Below, one piece after another: positions 34,198 to 43,188 of a DNA stretch of 59,326 nucleotides (the stretch's first letter is position 1; each line of letters starts with the position of its first letter). Below the pieces are notes generated by a model. It was not told the DNA's origin. It worked only from the letters and a program-made list of their open reading frames with translations, and ran no database searches. The stretch lies in the NCBI GenBank assembly GCA_030432715.1, contig JAUIML010000002.1, forward strand, positions 1 through 59,326. Direction: 5' to 3'. A program made the position numbers and the translations under genes. This stretch comes from Acidimicrobiia bacterium. Lineage in GTDB: Bacteria; Actinomycetota; Acidimicrobiia; Acidimicrobiales; Aldehydirespiratoraceae.

Positions 34198-35633
34198 GAT
34201 GCGTTGGTGTCGGTGCCGGGGCGGCGGTCGGCTTCGGCCTCGGGATCACCCTTGTAGCCGGGCGGGAAGGTGAGGGCGATCTCCTCGGGAGTGGGATCGT
34301 GGGGTTCGCGGGCCTCGTCGGGCAGCAGGTCGACGATGGCCGCCATGATCGCGGCGGTGTCGGCGTCGAAGTCCTCGCCACCGAGTCCTTCGACCGGCTT
34401 GCCCACGGTGACCGACACGAGCGGTCGACTGCCGACGGGCATCTTCGGCATGCGGGAACTGCGGGGCCAGACCTTCTCGGTCCCCCACAGGCCCACGGGG
34501 ATGACCGGGGCACCGGTCATCGCGGCCAGCTTCGCGGCGCCCCAGCGGCCCTTGAGTTCGGGGTCGAAGAACGCCGGTCCGCGCGGGATGGTGCCCTGGG
34601 GTGCGAGCATCAGCACTTCGCCGCCGCGCAGTGCTTCGGCCGCGGCTTCGAGGGGCTCGTCGGAACCCGTGCCGCGGTCGACCCGCACGCCGCCGATGGC
34701 CTTGGCGAGGCGGCCGACGATCGGCACGTCGAACACCTCCTTCTTGCCGAGACTGCGAACGCTGCGTCCGCTCTTGGCCGCGAGCAGCCCCATGGCCGCG
34801 GGGTCGTAGTAGCTCCGATGGTTGAAGACGAGGATCGCCGCGCCCTTGGCCGGGATGTTGTCGACCCCGTGGAACTCGAAGCGGGAGAAGGGCTGGAACT
34901 CCTCGCGCATGAACGGCCGGGACCAGTCCTGCAGTTCGCGACCGGCGATCTTCACGACACCGTCGAGCTTGTCGAAATGGCGAACGGGCCACCCCTGGAG
35001 CGCGGCAACGGCCTGGAGTCGCAGATCGGGGTTGATCGCAACCGGGTGTCCGACCATCTCGAGCATGGCGCAGTCGAAGTAGCTGTCGCTGTAGGCGTAG
35101 CTGCGCTCGAGCGAGACGTCGTTCGCCGCGGCCCAGGCCCGCACGGCGTCGGCCTTCGCGCGCCCCCACACGAAGGGACCCTCGGTCTCGCCGGTGAAGG
35201 CCCCGGACTCGGAGGCCCACTTCGTGGCGACCACCGCGTCGAACCCGAGTGCCTCCGCCAGCGGAGCGACCCACGGCTCCGGCGACGTCGTGGCGAGCAC
35301 GAGCAGCCGTCCGGCGCCACGATGTTCGTCGATCGTGAGCCGGGCGAAGGGAAGGACGAGGTCGGATTCGATCTCGGCGGCGGCCGCGCACGCGGCGGCG
35401 TGGACGGTCTCCACCGGCCATCCCTTCGACGTCCGCGCCCCGAGCTTGGCGGGCTGCATCATCACCCAGCTCTCACCGAACTGTTCGTAGAACCTGAGGA
35501 ATGCGTCGGCCAGCGGCAGATCGGGCACGCTGCCGAGCCCCGCCTCGCTCAGATGGCGTTGGAACACGACGGCCGACGACGACGAGATGAGGGTGCGGTC
35601 GAGATCGAAGATGGCGGCAGCGGATCGGGCCAT
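34194..35633 (-). CDS. HAD-IB hydrolase fused to a PlsC-type (LPLAT) acyltransferase
   Basis: N-terminus AIFDLDRTLISSSS (HAD motif I). C-terminus VFNHRSYYDPAAMG (HX4D) ... LAPQGTIPRG. Confidence 0.75.
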   Translation of the reverse strand: MARSAAAIFDLDRTLISSSSAVVFQRHLSEAGLGSVPDLPLADAFLRFYEQFGESWVMMQPAKLGARTSKGWPVETVHAAACAAAAEIESDLVLPFARLTIDEHRGAGRLLVLATTSPEPWVAPLAEALGFDAVVATKWASESGAFTGETEGPFVWGRAKADAVRAWAAANDVSLERSYAYSDSYFDCAMLEMVGHPVAINPDLRLQAVAALQGWPVRHFDKLDGVVKIAGRELQDWSRPFMREEFQPFSRFEFHGVDNIPAKGAAILVFNHRSYYDPAAMGLLAAKSGRSVRSLGKKEVFDVPIVGRLAKAIGGVRVDRGTGSDEPLEAAAEALRGGEVLMLAPQGTIPRGPAFFDPELKGRWGAAKLAAMTGAPVIPVGLWGTEKVWPRSSRMPKMPVGSRPLVSVTVGKPVEGLGGEDFDADTAAIMAAIVDLLPDEAREPHDPTPEEIALTFPPGYKGDPEAEADRRPGTDTNAS

Positions 35634-35667
35634 GGGAACTCCAGGAGAGATGGTAGACGCAGCGTAG

Positions 35668-35699
35668 TGTCAGTCACTGACATCAGTCAACTGCTGACA
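35668..35699. promoter_or_regulatory. Operator-like array: perfect palindrome TGTCAGTCACTGACA plus an extra CTGACA half-site
   Basis: The palindrome spans 35668-35682 (7-1-7). Another CTGACA lies at 35694-35699. It sits in the 87-nt divergent gap between the HAD-PlsC and TetR genes. Confidence 0.6.
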
Positions 35700-35720
35700 T
35701 CACACCGGAATCGCCGTAGG

Positions 35721-36356
35721 GTGGGCCGCGTGACGACGACCGATCGGGCAGCCGAGGTGGAGCCGGGCCGACGCGACCGCAAGAAGACCGCCACCCGGGA
35801 GCGTCTCATCACCGAGGCCGCCCGCCTCTTCGAGACGAAGGGCTTCGACGAGACGACCACGACCGAGATCGCCGAGGCGGCCGATGTCGCCCAACGAACC
35901 CTCTTTCGCCACTTCCCCACCAAGGAGGCGGTGTTGTTCGGCGACATGGTCGATCTGCGCATCGAGCTGCGGGAGGCCCTCGCCGCCCGGCCCGACGACG
36001 AGCCGGTGCTCGAAGCGGTGCGCCAGGCGGTGCTGGCCCTCGCCGACGATCACCAGCGACACGCCGAGCGCCGGCGACTCCAGTTCCGTCTCGCCGCCTC
36101 GGTCGCCTCCGTCTCCGCCTACAGCCGGGCCGTCGTCCAGGCCAGCTGGGAACGGGAGATCATCCGCGCCGCCGCCGCCCGGCTCGGCGTCGACCCGGTC
36201 GACGACCCGAGACCGGAGATCATCGCCGGCGCGGCGATGTCGGCGCTGCGGGTGGCGACCCGTCAGTGGACCGCCCGGGCAGCCGACACCGATTTCGTCG
36301 CCCTGGCCGACGCCGCCCTCGTCGCCACCGGCGATCTCGGCCCCACCGCTCACTAG
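35721..36356 (+). CDS. TetR/AcrR family transcriptional regulator
   Basis: Tail of track ORF 34299-36356, with a GTG at 35721 or 35730. RKKTATRERLITEAARLFETKGFDETTTTEIAEAADVAQRTLFRHFPTKEAVLF. Confidence 0.85.
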   Translation: MGRVTTTDRAAEVEPGRRDRKKTATRERLITEAARLFETKGFDETTTTEIAEAADVAQRTLFRHFPTKEAVLFGDMVDLRIELREALAARPDDEPVLEAVRQAVLALADDHQRHAERRRLQFRLAASVASVSAYSRAVVQASWEREIIRAAAARLGVDPVDDPRPEIIAGAAMSALRVATRQWTARAADTDFVALADAALVATGDLGPTAH

Positions 36357-36365
36357 GGTCGCCCC

Positions 36366-37316
36366 ATGCACACCGAATCCCCCGCCCCCGAGTGGTCCAC
36401 CCTCGCCCGACCCGATGCCACGATCTCCTGGTGCCGGTGGCCCGCCCCGACCGGCGAACCGGTCGGTCGCATCCTCATCGCCCATGGAGCGAGCGAGCAC
36501 GCAGCCCGCTACTCCCGTTTCGCCGGCCTCGCGGCCGACGCAGGCTGGGCCGTCTACGGCATCGACCATCGCGGCCACGGGACGACGGCGGCCGAACACG
36601 GCGCCTTCGGCATCGCCCGTCCCGGAGGCTGGGAGACGATGGTCGACGACCTGATCGCGTTGGCCGACCACCTCCGCGACGAGGAACCCCGACTTCCCCT
36701 CGTGCTCTTCGGCCACAGCATGGGTTCCCTCCTCGCCCAACGGGTCATGCAGCGGGCGGGCGATCGATTCGTCGGCGTCGTCCTGTCCGGCACGTCGGGA
36801 AGCCTCGAAGGGGCGAGCGAGCTCGAGGCCATCCTCCGAGCCGTGGAGGACGCGGAGGGAGCCGACCAGCCGTCGCAGCTCTGGGCCGGGGTGTTCTCAG
36901 GGTTCAACGAGCCGTTCGCCGACACCACCCCCGATCCCACGGGCTACGAGTGGCTCAGTCGCGACGACGAGGAGGTCGCCCGGTACGTCGCCGACCCGTG
37001 GTGCGGAGGCGACCTCAGCAACGGGTTCGTGACGGACATGATCGTCGGCATGGCGACCATGTGGGCGCCCGACGCGGAAGCGGCCATACCGGACGACCTC
37101 CCGATCCTGCTGATCGCCGGCGACCAAGACCCCGTCGGCGGATTCGGCGAATCGGTCCAGGCGTTGCACGATCGCCTCGCGGCCGCCGGCCGGGGCCCGC
37201 TCGAGATCCGGCTCTACCCCCAGGCCCGCCCCGAACTGCTCAACGAGACCAACCGCGACGAGGTCCACGCCGACCTGCTGGCGTGGCTCGGCACCCTGCT
37301 AGGCCCGGCAATCTGA
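36366..37316 (+). CDS. Alpha/beta hydrolase, monoacylglycerol lipase/lysophospholipase-like
   Basis: ILIAHGASEHAARYSRFAGLAADAGWAVYGIDHRGHG and the GHSMG nucleophile elbow. Confidence 0.7.
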   Translation: MHTESPAPEWSTLARPDATISWCRWPAPTGEPVGRILIAHGASEHAARYSRFAGLAADAGWAVYGIDHRGHGTTAAEHGAFGIARPGGWETMVDDLIALADHLRDEEPRLPLVLFGHSMGSLLAQRVMQRAGDRFVGVVLSGTSGSLEGASELEAILRAVEDAEGADQPSQLWAGVFSGFNEPFADTTPDPTGYEWLSRDDEEVARYVADPWCGGDLSNGFVTDMIVGMATMWAPDAEAAIPDDLPILLIAGDQDPVGGFGESVQALHDRLAAAGRGPLEIRLYPQARPELLNETNRDEVHADLLAWLGTLLGPAI

Positions 37317-37359
37317 CCGGCCCCACAATCTGACCGCCCCCGCAATCTGAACGGCCACT
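37309..37359 (+). repeat. 17-nt tandem repeat x3 (CAATCTGACCGGCCCCA / CAATCTGACCGCCCCCG / CAATCTGAACGGCCACT)
   Basis: Read directly. The first unit contains the lipase stop codon (37314-37316). Confidence 0.85.
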
Positions 37360-37395
37360 GACAAACCCGGAGCCGAGGTCTACAGTCGCCACCCA

Positions 37396-38850
37396 GTGAC
37401 GCTCGCAACCATCCTCGACCCGCAACCAGACGACGCCATCGCACTCATCGAGGACGGCGCCGAAACCACCTACGGCGAACTCCGCGACCTGGTCGCCCGG
37501 ACCCGCGCCGGGCTCGTCGCCGCCGGCCTCGTGAGGGGTGATCGTGTCGCCGTCGTGGCCACCAACACCCGCGCCGCCGTGGTCTCGGTCCTCGCCGCCA
37601 CCTCCGGCGCAATGGTGGCCGTCCTGCTCGACCCCAGCAGCCCGGTGTCGGAACTGCGAGGACAGGTCGAGGCCGTCGGGGCAGCCCACGTGCTGACCGG
37701 CACACCGATCGCCGACGAGCTCCACGACCGCATCTCGTCTCCGGCCGGAGCAGCCGTCACCGGGGTCGACCCGCTGCCCGGCGGGTCTCCGGTCGCCGCC
37801 GCGCGGCCGGAGCCCGACGATCTCGCCGTCATGTTGTTCACCAGTGGCACGGCGGGATCGCCCAAGGCCGCGATGATCAGCCACCACAACCTCACCTCCA
37901 ACCAGGAGGCCATCCTCACCACCGACGGCAGCGCCCTCGACGAACACTCGGTCGTGCTCGCCGCCATCCCGATCTCTCACATGTACGGGTTCAACATTTC
38001 CCTGCTCACGACGTTGCGGGCCGGCGGACGCGTCGTGTTGGCCAAGGGATTCGACCCTCGGGAGTGCGGCCGCCTGGTGAGGGAACACCGCGTCGACCGC
38101 TTCGCCGGCGTGCCCCCGATGTGGCGAGCCCTCATCGACAGCGACCTCCCCGACGACACCTTCGCCGACGTCATCCGCATCGCATCGGGAGCCTCGGCCC
38201 TGCATCCTCGGCTGTGGCAGGAGTTCAAGGACCGCTTCGGGGTCGAGCTCCAGGAGGGCTACGGCCTCACCGAGACGTCGCCGACGGTCACCTCCCACAT
38301 CGGCATCCCGGTTCGACCGGGCACGGTCGGCAAGCCGGCCCCGGGGGTCGAGGTGAAGGTCGTCGACCACGACGGCAACGAAGTCCCGTTCGACGACTCG
38401 GGCGAGATCAAGGTGCGGGGTCCCAACGTGTTCCTCGGCTACTGGGACAACGAAGAGGCCACCAAGGCCGTGCTCGACGACGACGGATGGCTCTCCACCC
38501 GCGACATCGGCGTGTTCTCCGAAGACGGCTACCTCGCCCTCGTCGACCGGGCCAAGGACCTCATCATCGTGTCCGGCTTCAACGTCTACCCCTTCGAAGT
38601 CGAGACCGTGTTGGTGCAGCACCCGAAGGTCGACCAGGTGGTCGTGATCGGTCGCGACGACGACCGTCGCGGCGAACGCGTCGTCGCGTTCGTCACGGTG
38701 CCCGACGGCTCCCCCCCACCCGAGCTCGACGAGCTCGTCGCCTTCTGTCGCGAGCGGCTCGCCCGCTACAAGTGTCCGACCGAACTCGAGATCGTCACGG
38801 AACTCCCGATCGGCACCACGGGCAAGACCCGACGTCGGAAGCTGAGCTGA
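37396..38850 (+). CDS. AMP-dependent acyl-CoA synthetase/ligase (FadD-like)
   Basis: 484 aa. MLFTSGTAGSPKAAMISHHNL and GYGLTETSP motifs, plus C-terminal GKTRRRKL. Confidence 0.85.
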   Translation: MTLATILDPQPDDAIALIEDGAETTYGELRDLVARTRAGLVAAGLVRGDRVAVVATNTRAAVVSVLAATSGAMVAVLLDPSSPVSELRGQVEAVGAAHVLTGTPIADELHDRISSPAGAAVTGVDPLPGGSPVAAARPEPDDLAVMLFTSGTAGSPKAAMISHHNLTSNQEAILTTDGSALDEHSVVLAAIPISHMYGFNISLLTTLRAGGRVVLAKGFDPRECGRLVREHRVDRFAGVPPMWRALIDSDLPDDTFADVIRIASGASALHPRLWQEFKDRFGVELQEGYGLTETSPTVTSHIGIPVRPGTVGKPAPGVEVKVVDHDGNEVPFDDSGEIKVRGPNVFLGYWDNEEATKAVLDDDGWLSTRDIGVFSEDGYLALVDRAKDLIIVSGFNVYPFEVETVLVQHPKVDQVVVIGRDDDRRGERVVAFVTVPDGSPPPELDELVAFCRERLARYKCPTELEIVTELPIGTTGKTRRRKLS

Positions 38851-38855
38851 ACACC

Positions 38856-39596
38856 GTGGCCCGCGAGACCGGATGGCTCCAGCAACCGATGATGAAGGTG
38901 CTCAAACCCCTGATGCACCGCATGTGGGACCTGGAGATCACCGGTCTCGACAACATCCCGTCGGTCGGGCCTGCCCTGCTCGCGCCGAACCATCTGTCGT
39001 TCCTCGATTCGCCGTTCACGATGTCGCTCATGCCTCGACGCACGCTCGCCGTCGGCAAGGCGGAATACATGGACGACTGGAAGACCAGGTACTTCTTCCC
39101 GGCGACCGGCATGATCCCACTCGACCGCTCCGGTGGCGACGCCAGCCAGGTCGCCCTCGACGCCGCGGCCTCGGCGCTCGAGGCCGGCGACCTCTTCCTC
39201 ATCTACCCGGAGGGCACCCGGACCCGCGACGGCTACCTCCACAAGGGCAAGACCGGCGTGGCCCGACTCGCGCTGCGCACCGGCGCGCCGATCATCCCCA
39301 TCGGGCTCATCGGCACCGACCGGATCCAGCCCCCCGACCGAACCATGCCCAAGTTCCGCGAGAAGTGTGCGATCCACATCGGCGAGCCGATCGACGTGAG
39401 CCGCTATCGCAGCCGCATCGACGACCGACTCGTGCTCCGACAGATCACCGACGAGGTCATGTTCGAGATCGGGGAGCTCTCAGGGCAGACCTATGTCGAC
39501 TGCTACTCCGGCGACCCGCTGCCCGACGACGCGAACCCGATCGATGTTCGCGAAGCCACCGAAGAACCCGACCCGGCGCCCGCAGCCACCGCCTAG
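38856..39596 (+). CDS. 1-acyl-sn-glycerol-3-phosphate acyltransferase (PlsC-like)
   Basis: Tail of track ORF 38064-39596, with a GTG at 38856. LAPNHLSFLDSP (HX4D), IYPEGTRTRDG, PIIPIGLIG. Confidence 0.8.
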   Translation: MARETGWLQQPMMKVLKPLMHRMWDLEITGLDNIPSVGPALLAPNHLSFLDSPFTMSLMPRRTLAVGKAEYMDDWKTRYFFPATGMIPLDRSGGDASQVALDAAASALEAGDLFLIYPEGTRTRDGYLHKGKTGVARLALRTGAPIIPIGLIGTDRIQPPDRTMPKFREKCAIHIGEPIDVSRYRSRIDDRLVLRQITDEVMFEIGELSGQTYVDCYSGDPLPDDANPIDVREATEEPDPAPAATA

Positions 39597-40408
39597 GTCT
39601 CTTCGGTCATCAGCCCGACGGTCATCGACTGGCTCGCCGTGGCGAGGAGGCGGCCGCTCTCACTCCAGATGTGGCCGCTCCCATAGGCCAGTCCGTTGCC
39701 GGCGAAGGCGACCTCGGCATCACAGAGCACCCATTGGTCGGCTTCCGTCGCCGACACGGGATTCGCGTAGCGGATGGTGTTGTCGAGACTCGTGCAGTGA
39801 ACCCGCGTGCCGAAGGCATTGCCCACCCCGGCCGACATGTAGTCGGCGATGAGGGCGAGCGCGGGCGCGTCGAGGGCGACGTCGCGGATGCGCACCCACA
39901 ATCGAAGGTGACCGTCGCCGCTCGGTGTGCCCTGCCCGTTGAAGCCGAACATCCCCGATGCCAGGCGCACGTCGACGTGGTCGTGCACACACGGCACCTC
40001 GAAGTGACGCTCCAGCAGCTCGCACGCCCCGGGCCCGGGGACATCGGGAGCGGTGGCCCACATGCCTCGCACCTCTTCGCGTCGCGTACCGAGCGCGCCG
40101 ACGATCGAGATGATCTCGGTGCCCTGCGCCGTCCCCACGGCACGACCCTGCGCCATGGAGTGGCCCATCGCCGGGAAGTCGACCTCGATGTCGAGCACGG
40201 CTCCCTGCTGCACGGTCGCGACATACTGCCCGGTGGCCCACACGACCGGACGCTCGGCCGACTCCTCCAGCGCGGCGACCCCCGCGGCGAGGCCGGACCC
40301 GCCGAACAGCGAGCCCCGCCGGCCCCCGATGTTCTGCGAGCCGACGGTCATCGCCCAGGCCCCGCGTTCGTCGCGCCGAAGCCCGAGGAAGTCTCTCGTG
40401 CACACCAT
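39593..40408 (-). CDS. Acyl-CoA thioesterase (TesB-like double hotdog)
   Basis: Track ORF 39593-40972, trimmed to ATG 40406-40408. MVCTRDFLGLRRDERGAWAMTVGSQNIGGRRGSLFGGSGLAAG...HIWSESGRLLATASQSM. Confidence 0.6.
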   Translation of the reverse strand: MVCTRDFLGLRRDERGAWAMTVGSQNIGGRRGSLFGGSGLAAGVAALEESAERPVVWATGQYVATVQQGAVLDIEVDFPAMGHSMAQGRAVGTAQGTEIISIVGALGTRREEVRGMWATAPDVPGPGACELLERHFEVPCVHDHVDVRLASGMFGFNGQGTPSGDGHLRLWVRIRDVALDAPALALIADYMSAGVGNAFGTRVHCTSLDNTIRYANPVSATEADQWVLCDAEVAFAGNGLAYGSGHIWSESGRLLATASQSMTVGLMTEET

Positions 40409-40428
40409 GTCGGGGAGTCTGCCCGGCG

Positions 40429-41457
40429 TCAGGCCTTCGTCCGCTTCCGGGCCCAGTGGCTGGTGGCCCCGGCCGACTGGAAACGGGCAGGACGGTCGTC
40501 GGGACCGAGGATGTCGGTCGCCAGCCACAACCGCTTCAGCCACCGCACCCGCCCCGATTCGGCATCGTCGACATAGGCCTTGCGGCCATGCAGCACGTGG
40601 TAGTTGTTCACGAACTGCATGTCGCCGGGTTCGAAGGTCATCTCGACGCGATTGTCGGCGTCGTAGATGAAGGCGTCGTAGGCATCCATGGCCGCCCGCT
40701 GCTTCTCGGTCAGACGCGGCGCGTCGTCGTGGCGTTGCGATGCTTCGATGTAGGGACGGATGTAGCGCACGAAGAGGCGATCGCCGTGCTGGGAGAACAC
40801 GGGCACGTGGTAGAAGGGCGTCTGCCCGTCGGCCTGCTCGCCCCGGAAGTCGTAGGGCAGCCCCGTGAAGAGCTCCGCAGCCAGCTCGGGATCGGTGTCG
40901 ACGAGTCGGTTGTAGGCCCCGACCGCGTTGGCGACGAGGCTCTCGCCACCGGAGACTCCGGGGTCGAGACACATCAGACCCACGAGGTCCGAGCCGTCGG
41001 AGTGGAACGCCTGGGCGACACCGCCGAGCTCGTACCCCCGAGCCGTCGGATCGTCGGGCCGCTTGCCCTGGTCCTTCACGTCACCCAGCAGATGACCCTT
41101 CGCGTTCTGGGGCCACGGCACCCCGAGGTGCAGCCCGATGCCCCAGTACATCCACGACGCGTCCTCGAACCCGACCCGCTCGACGGGGAGAGCGGAGATG
41201 CGATGGAACCCCCGACCGTTGATCAGCTCGTCGGCGATGCCGGCCAGCACCGGACCGAGCGTCGGCAGGGGGAAGTCGTCCTTGCGGACGTCGAGCACGT
41301 CGTCGGCGCGCGACCGGGCCACCACGAGGGCCTCCTCGATCTCGGCGATCTCGTCGGTCGACAGCCGATACGTCCACTCGGCCGGGTCGGCGACGTCGGC
41401 CGCCGTCCAGTCGGCCTGCGGCTCGAGGGGGGCGACGTCGGCGGCCGTCATCGACAT
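40429..41457 (-). CDS. TauD/TfdA-family Fe(II)/2-oxoglutarate dioxygenase
   Basis: Trimmed to MSMTAAD (41457). Contains the HSDGSD (HxD) motif and a C-terminal NNYHVLHGR. Confidence 0.7.
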   Translation of the reverse strand: MSMTAADVAPLEPQADWTAADVADPAEWTYRLSTDEIAEIEEALVVARSRADDVLDVRKDDFPLPTLGPVLAGIADELINGRGFHRISALPVERVGFEDASWMYWGIGLHLGVPWPQNAKGHLLGDVKDQGKRPDDPTARGYELGGVAQAFHSDGSDLVGLMCLDPGVSGGESLVANAVGAYNRLVDTDPELAAELFTGLPYDFRGEQADGQTPFYHVPVFSQHGDRLFVRYIRPYIEASQRHDDAPRLTEKQRAAMDAYDAFIYDADNRVEMTFEPGDMQFVNNYHVLHGRKAYVDDAESGRVRWLKRLWLATDILGPDDRPARFQSAGATSHWARKRTKA

Positions 41458-41458
41458 G

Positions 41459-43183
41459 TCAGGCCCCCGCCGGGGCGGCCTGCGCACCCCGGATCAGCCG
41501 ACCGGGCAGGTCCCCGGTCTCCTCACCCGACGCGTAGGTCTCGACGCCGTTCACCACGGTGTGGAGGTAGCCGTCGGCCCGCTGGAGCACGCGGCGGCCC
41601 CCGGCCGGAAGGTCGTAGGCCAACTCCGGGGCCCGGACCTTCAGGTTGTCGAAGTCGATCACGTTGAGGTCGGCGCGATAGCCGGGGGCGAGCACCCCAC
41701 GATCGAGCAGACCCACCGCACGAGCCGTGTCACGACACTGACGGCGGATCAGGAACTCGAGATCGATGCGACCGCTCGGCCGGTCGCGACCCCAGTGCTG
41801 GAGCAACGTGGTCGGGAACGACCCGTCGCAGATGGTGCCGACGTGGGCCCCACCGTCGCTGAGCGAAGGGACCGTGAAGTCGTGGGTCAACAGTTCACGC
41901 GTCCCGTCGAGATTGCCCTTGCCGTAGTTGGTGAACGGCAGCCACAACATGTTGGTGCCGCCGTCCTCGAGCAGCAGGTCGAGTGCGAACTCGGTCGGCG
42001 ACATGCCGGCCCGCTCGGCCCGCCGCACGACGGTCTGGTCGGCGGCGGGCTCGTAGTAGGGCTCGTCACCCATCTCGTACATGATCTCGTACTTCTCGAT
42101 CAGGCTGCCGCCCACGAGCGTCTGGTCGGTACCGCCCGCGGCGGCGAGGAGCCGGGCCCGACGATCGGGGTCCTGCAGCGCCGCGACCCGGGCCGCGGGG
42201 GCCAGGTCGGCGACTTCCGCCCACACGGGGTTGCGCATGAACGGGTTGAGCGTGCACTCGAACCCGAGCAGGATGCCGATGGGTCGCACCGGACACTGGC
42301 CGGTGATCTGCAGACCATCGGCGCGAGCCTGCTCGATGCGGGCCAGCAGGTCGTGGTGGAACTCGTCGCTCTTGGGGCTCTCGACGATGGTGAACGAGAG
42401 GGGTCGGCCCGAGATCGCACACATCTGACGGAACATCTCGAACTCGCGATCACGATCGACGAAGTCCGACACGAGCTGGAAGACACCGGCGCCGCCGTGA
42501 CCGACCGCCTCGGCGATGCCGACCAGTTCCTCCGCGGCCGCGGTGAGGGTGGGGGTGAAGTCTCCGGTGGACGTCTTGTGGTTGGAGGTGCGGCTCGTCG
42601 AGAAGCCCAGCGCCCCGGCCGCGATGCCCTCCGCGGCGAGTCGACCCATCTCGCCGATGTCGTCGGCCGTCGCGTCCTCGCGGTTCGCCCCCCGCTCGCC
42701 CATCACGTGGAGGCGGAGCGCCCCGTGGGGCACCTGGGTCGCGATGTCCATGTCCTTCGGGGTGTCACACGCGTCGAGATACTCGGCGAAGGAGTTCCAG
42801 CCCCACCGGAGACCCTCGTGCAGCGCCGCGCCGGGGATGTCCTCCACTCCTTCCATCAGCTCGACGAGCTTGTCGTGGTCGTTGGTGTGCACCGGTGCGA
42901 ACCCCACCCCGCAGTTGCCGAACACCACCGTGGTCACACCGTGCCAGCTCGACGGCTGCATCCGACTGTCCCAGGTGGCCTGGCCGTCGTAGTGGGTGTG
43001 GATGTCGACGAAGCCGGGGGCGACGAGGGCGCCGTCGGCGTCGATCTCCCGAGCGGCCGAACCCTCGACCGAGCCGACGGCGGTCACCACTCCGTCGGTG
43101 ACCGCCACGTCGGCCGTGCGAGCCGGGGCGCCAGTGCCGTCGATCACGGTGCCGGCGCGGATGATGAGGTCGTGTTCAGCCAT
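41459..43183 (-). CDS. N-acyl-D-amino-acid deacylase (D-aminoacylase) family amidohydrolase
   Basis: Trimmed to MAEHDLIIRAGTVIDGTGAPARTADVAVTDGVVTAVG...APGFVDIHTHYDGQ. Confidence 0.8.
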   Translation of the reverse strand: MAEHDLIIRAGTVIDGTGAPARTADVAVTDGVVTAVGSVEGSAAREIDADGALVAPGFVDIHTHYDGQATWDSRMQPSSWHGVTTVVFGNCGVGFAPVHTNDHDKLVELMEGVEDIPGAALHEGLRWGWNSFAEYLDACDTPKDMDIATQVPHGALRLHVMGERGANREDATADDIGEMGRLAAEGIAAGALGFSTSRTSNHKTSTGDFTPTLTAAAEELVGIAEAVGHGGAGVFQLVSDFVDRDREFEMFRQMCAISGRPLSFTIVESPKSDEFHHDLLARIEQARADGLQITGQCPVRPIGILLGFECTLNPFMRNPVWAEVADLAPAARVAALQDPDRRARLLAAAGGTDQTLVGGSLIEKYEIMYEMGDEPYYEPAADQTVVRRAERAGMSPTEFALDLLLEDGGTNMLWLPFTNYGKGNLDGTRELLTHDFTVPSLSDGGAHVGTICDGSFPTTLLQHWGRDRPSGRIDLEFLIRRQCRDTARAVGLLDRGVLAPGYRADLNVIDFDNLKVRAPELAYDLPAGGRRVLQRADGYLHTVVNGVETYASGEETGDLPGRLIRGAQAAPAGA

Positions 43184-43188
43184 GTCCC

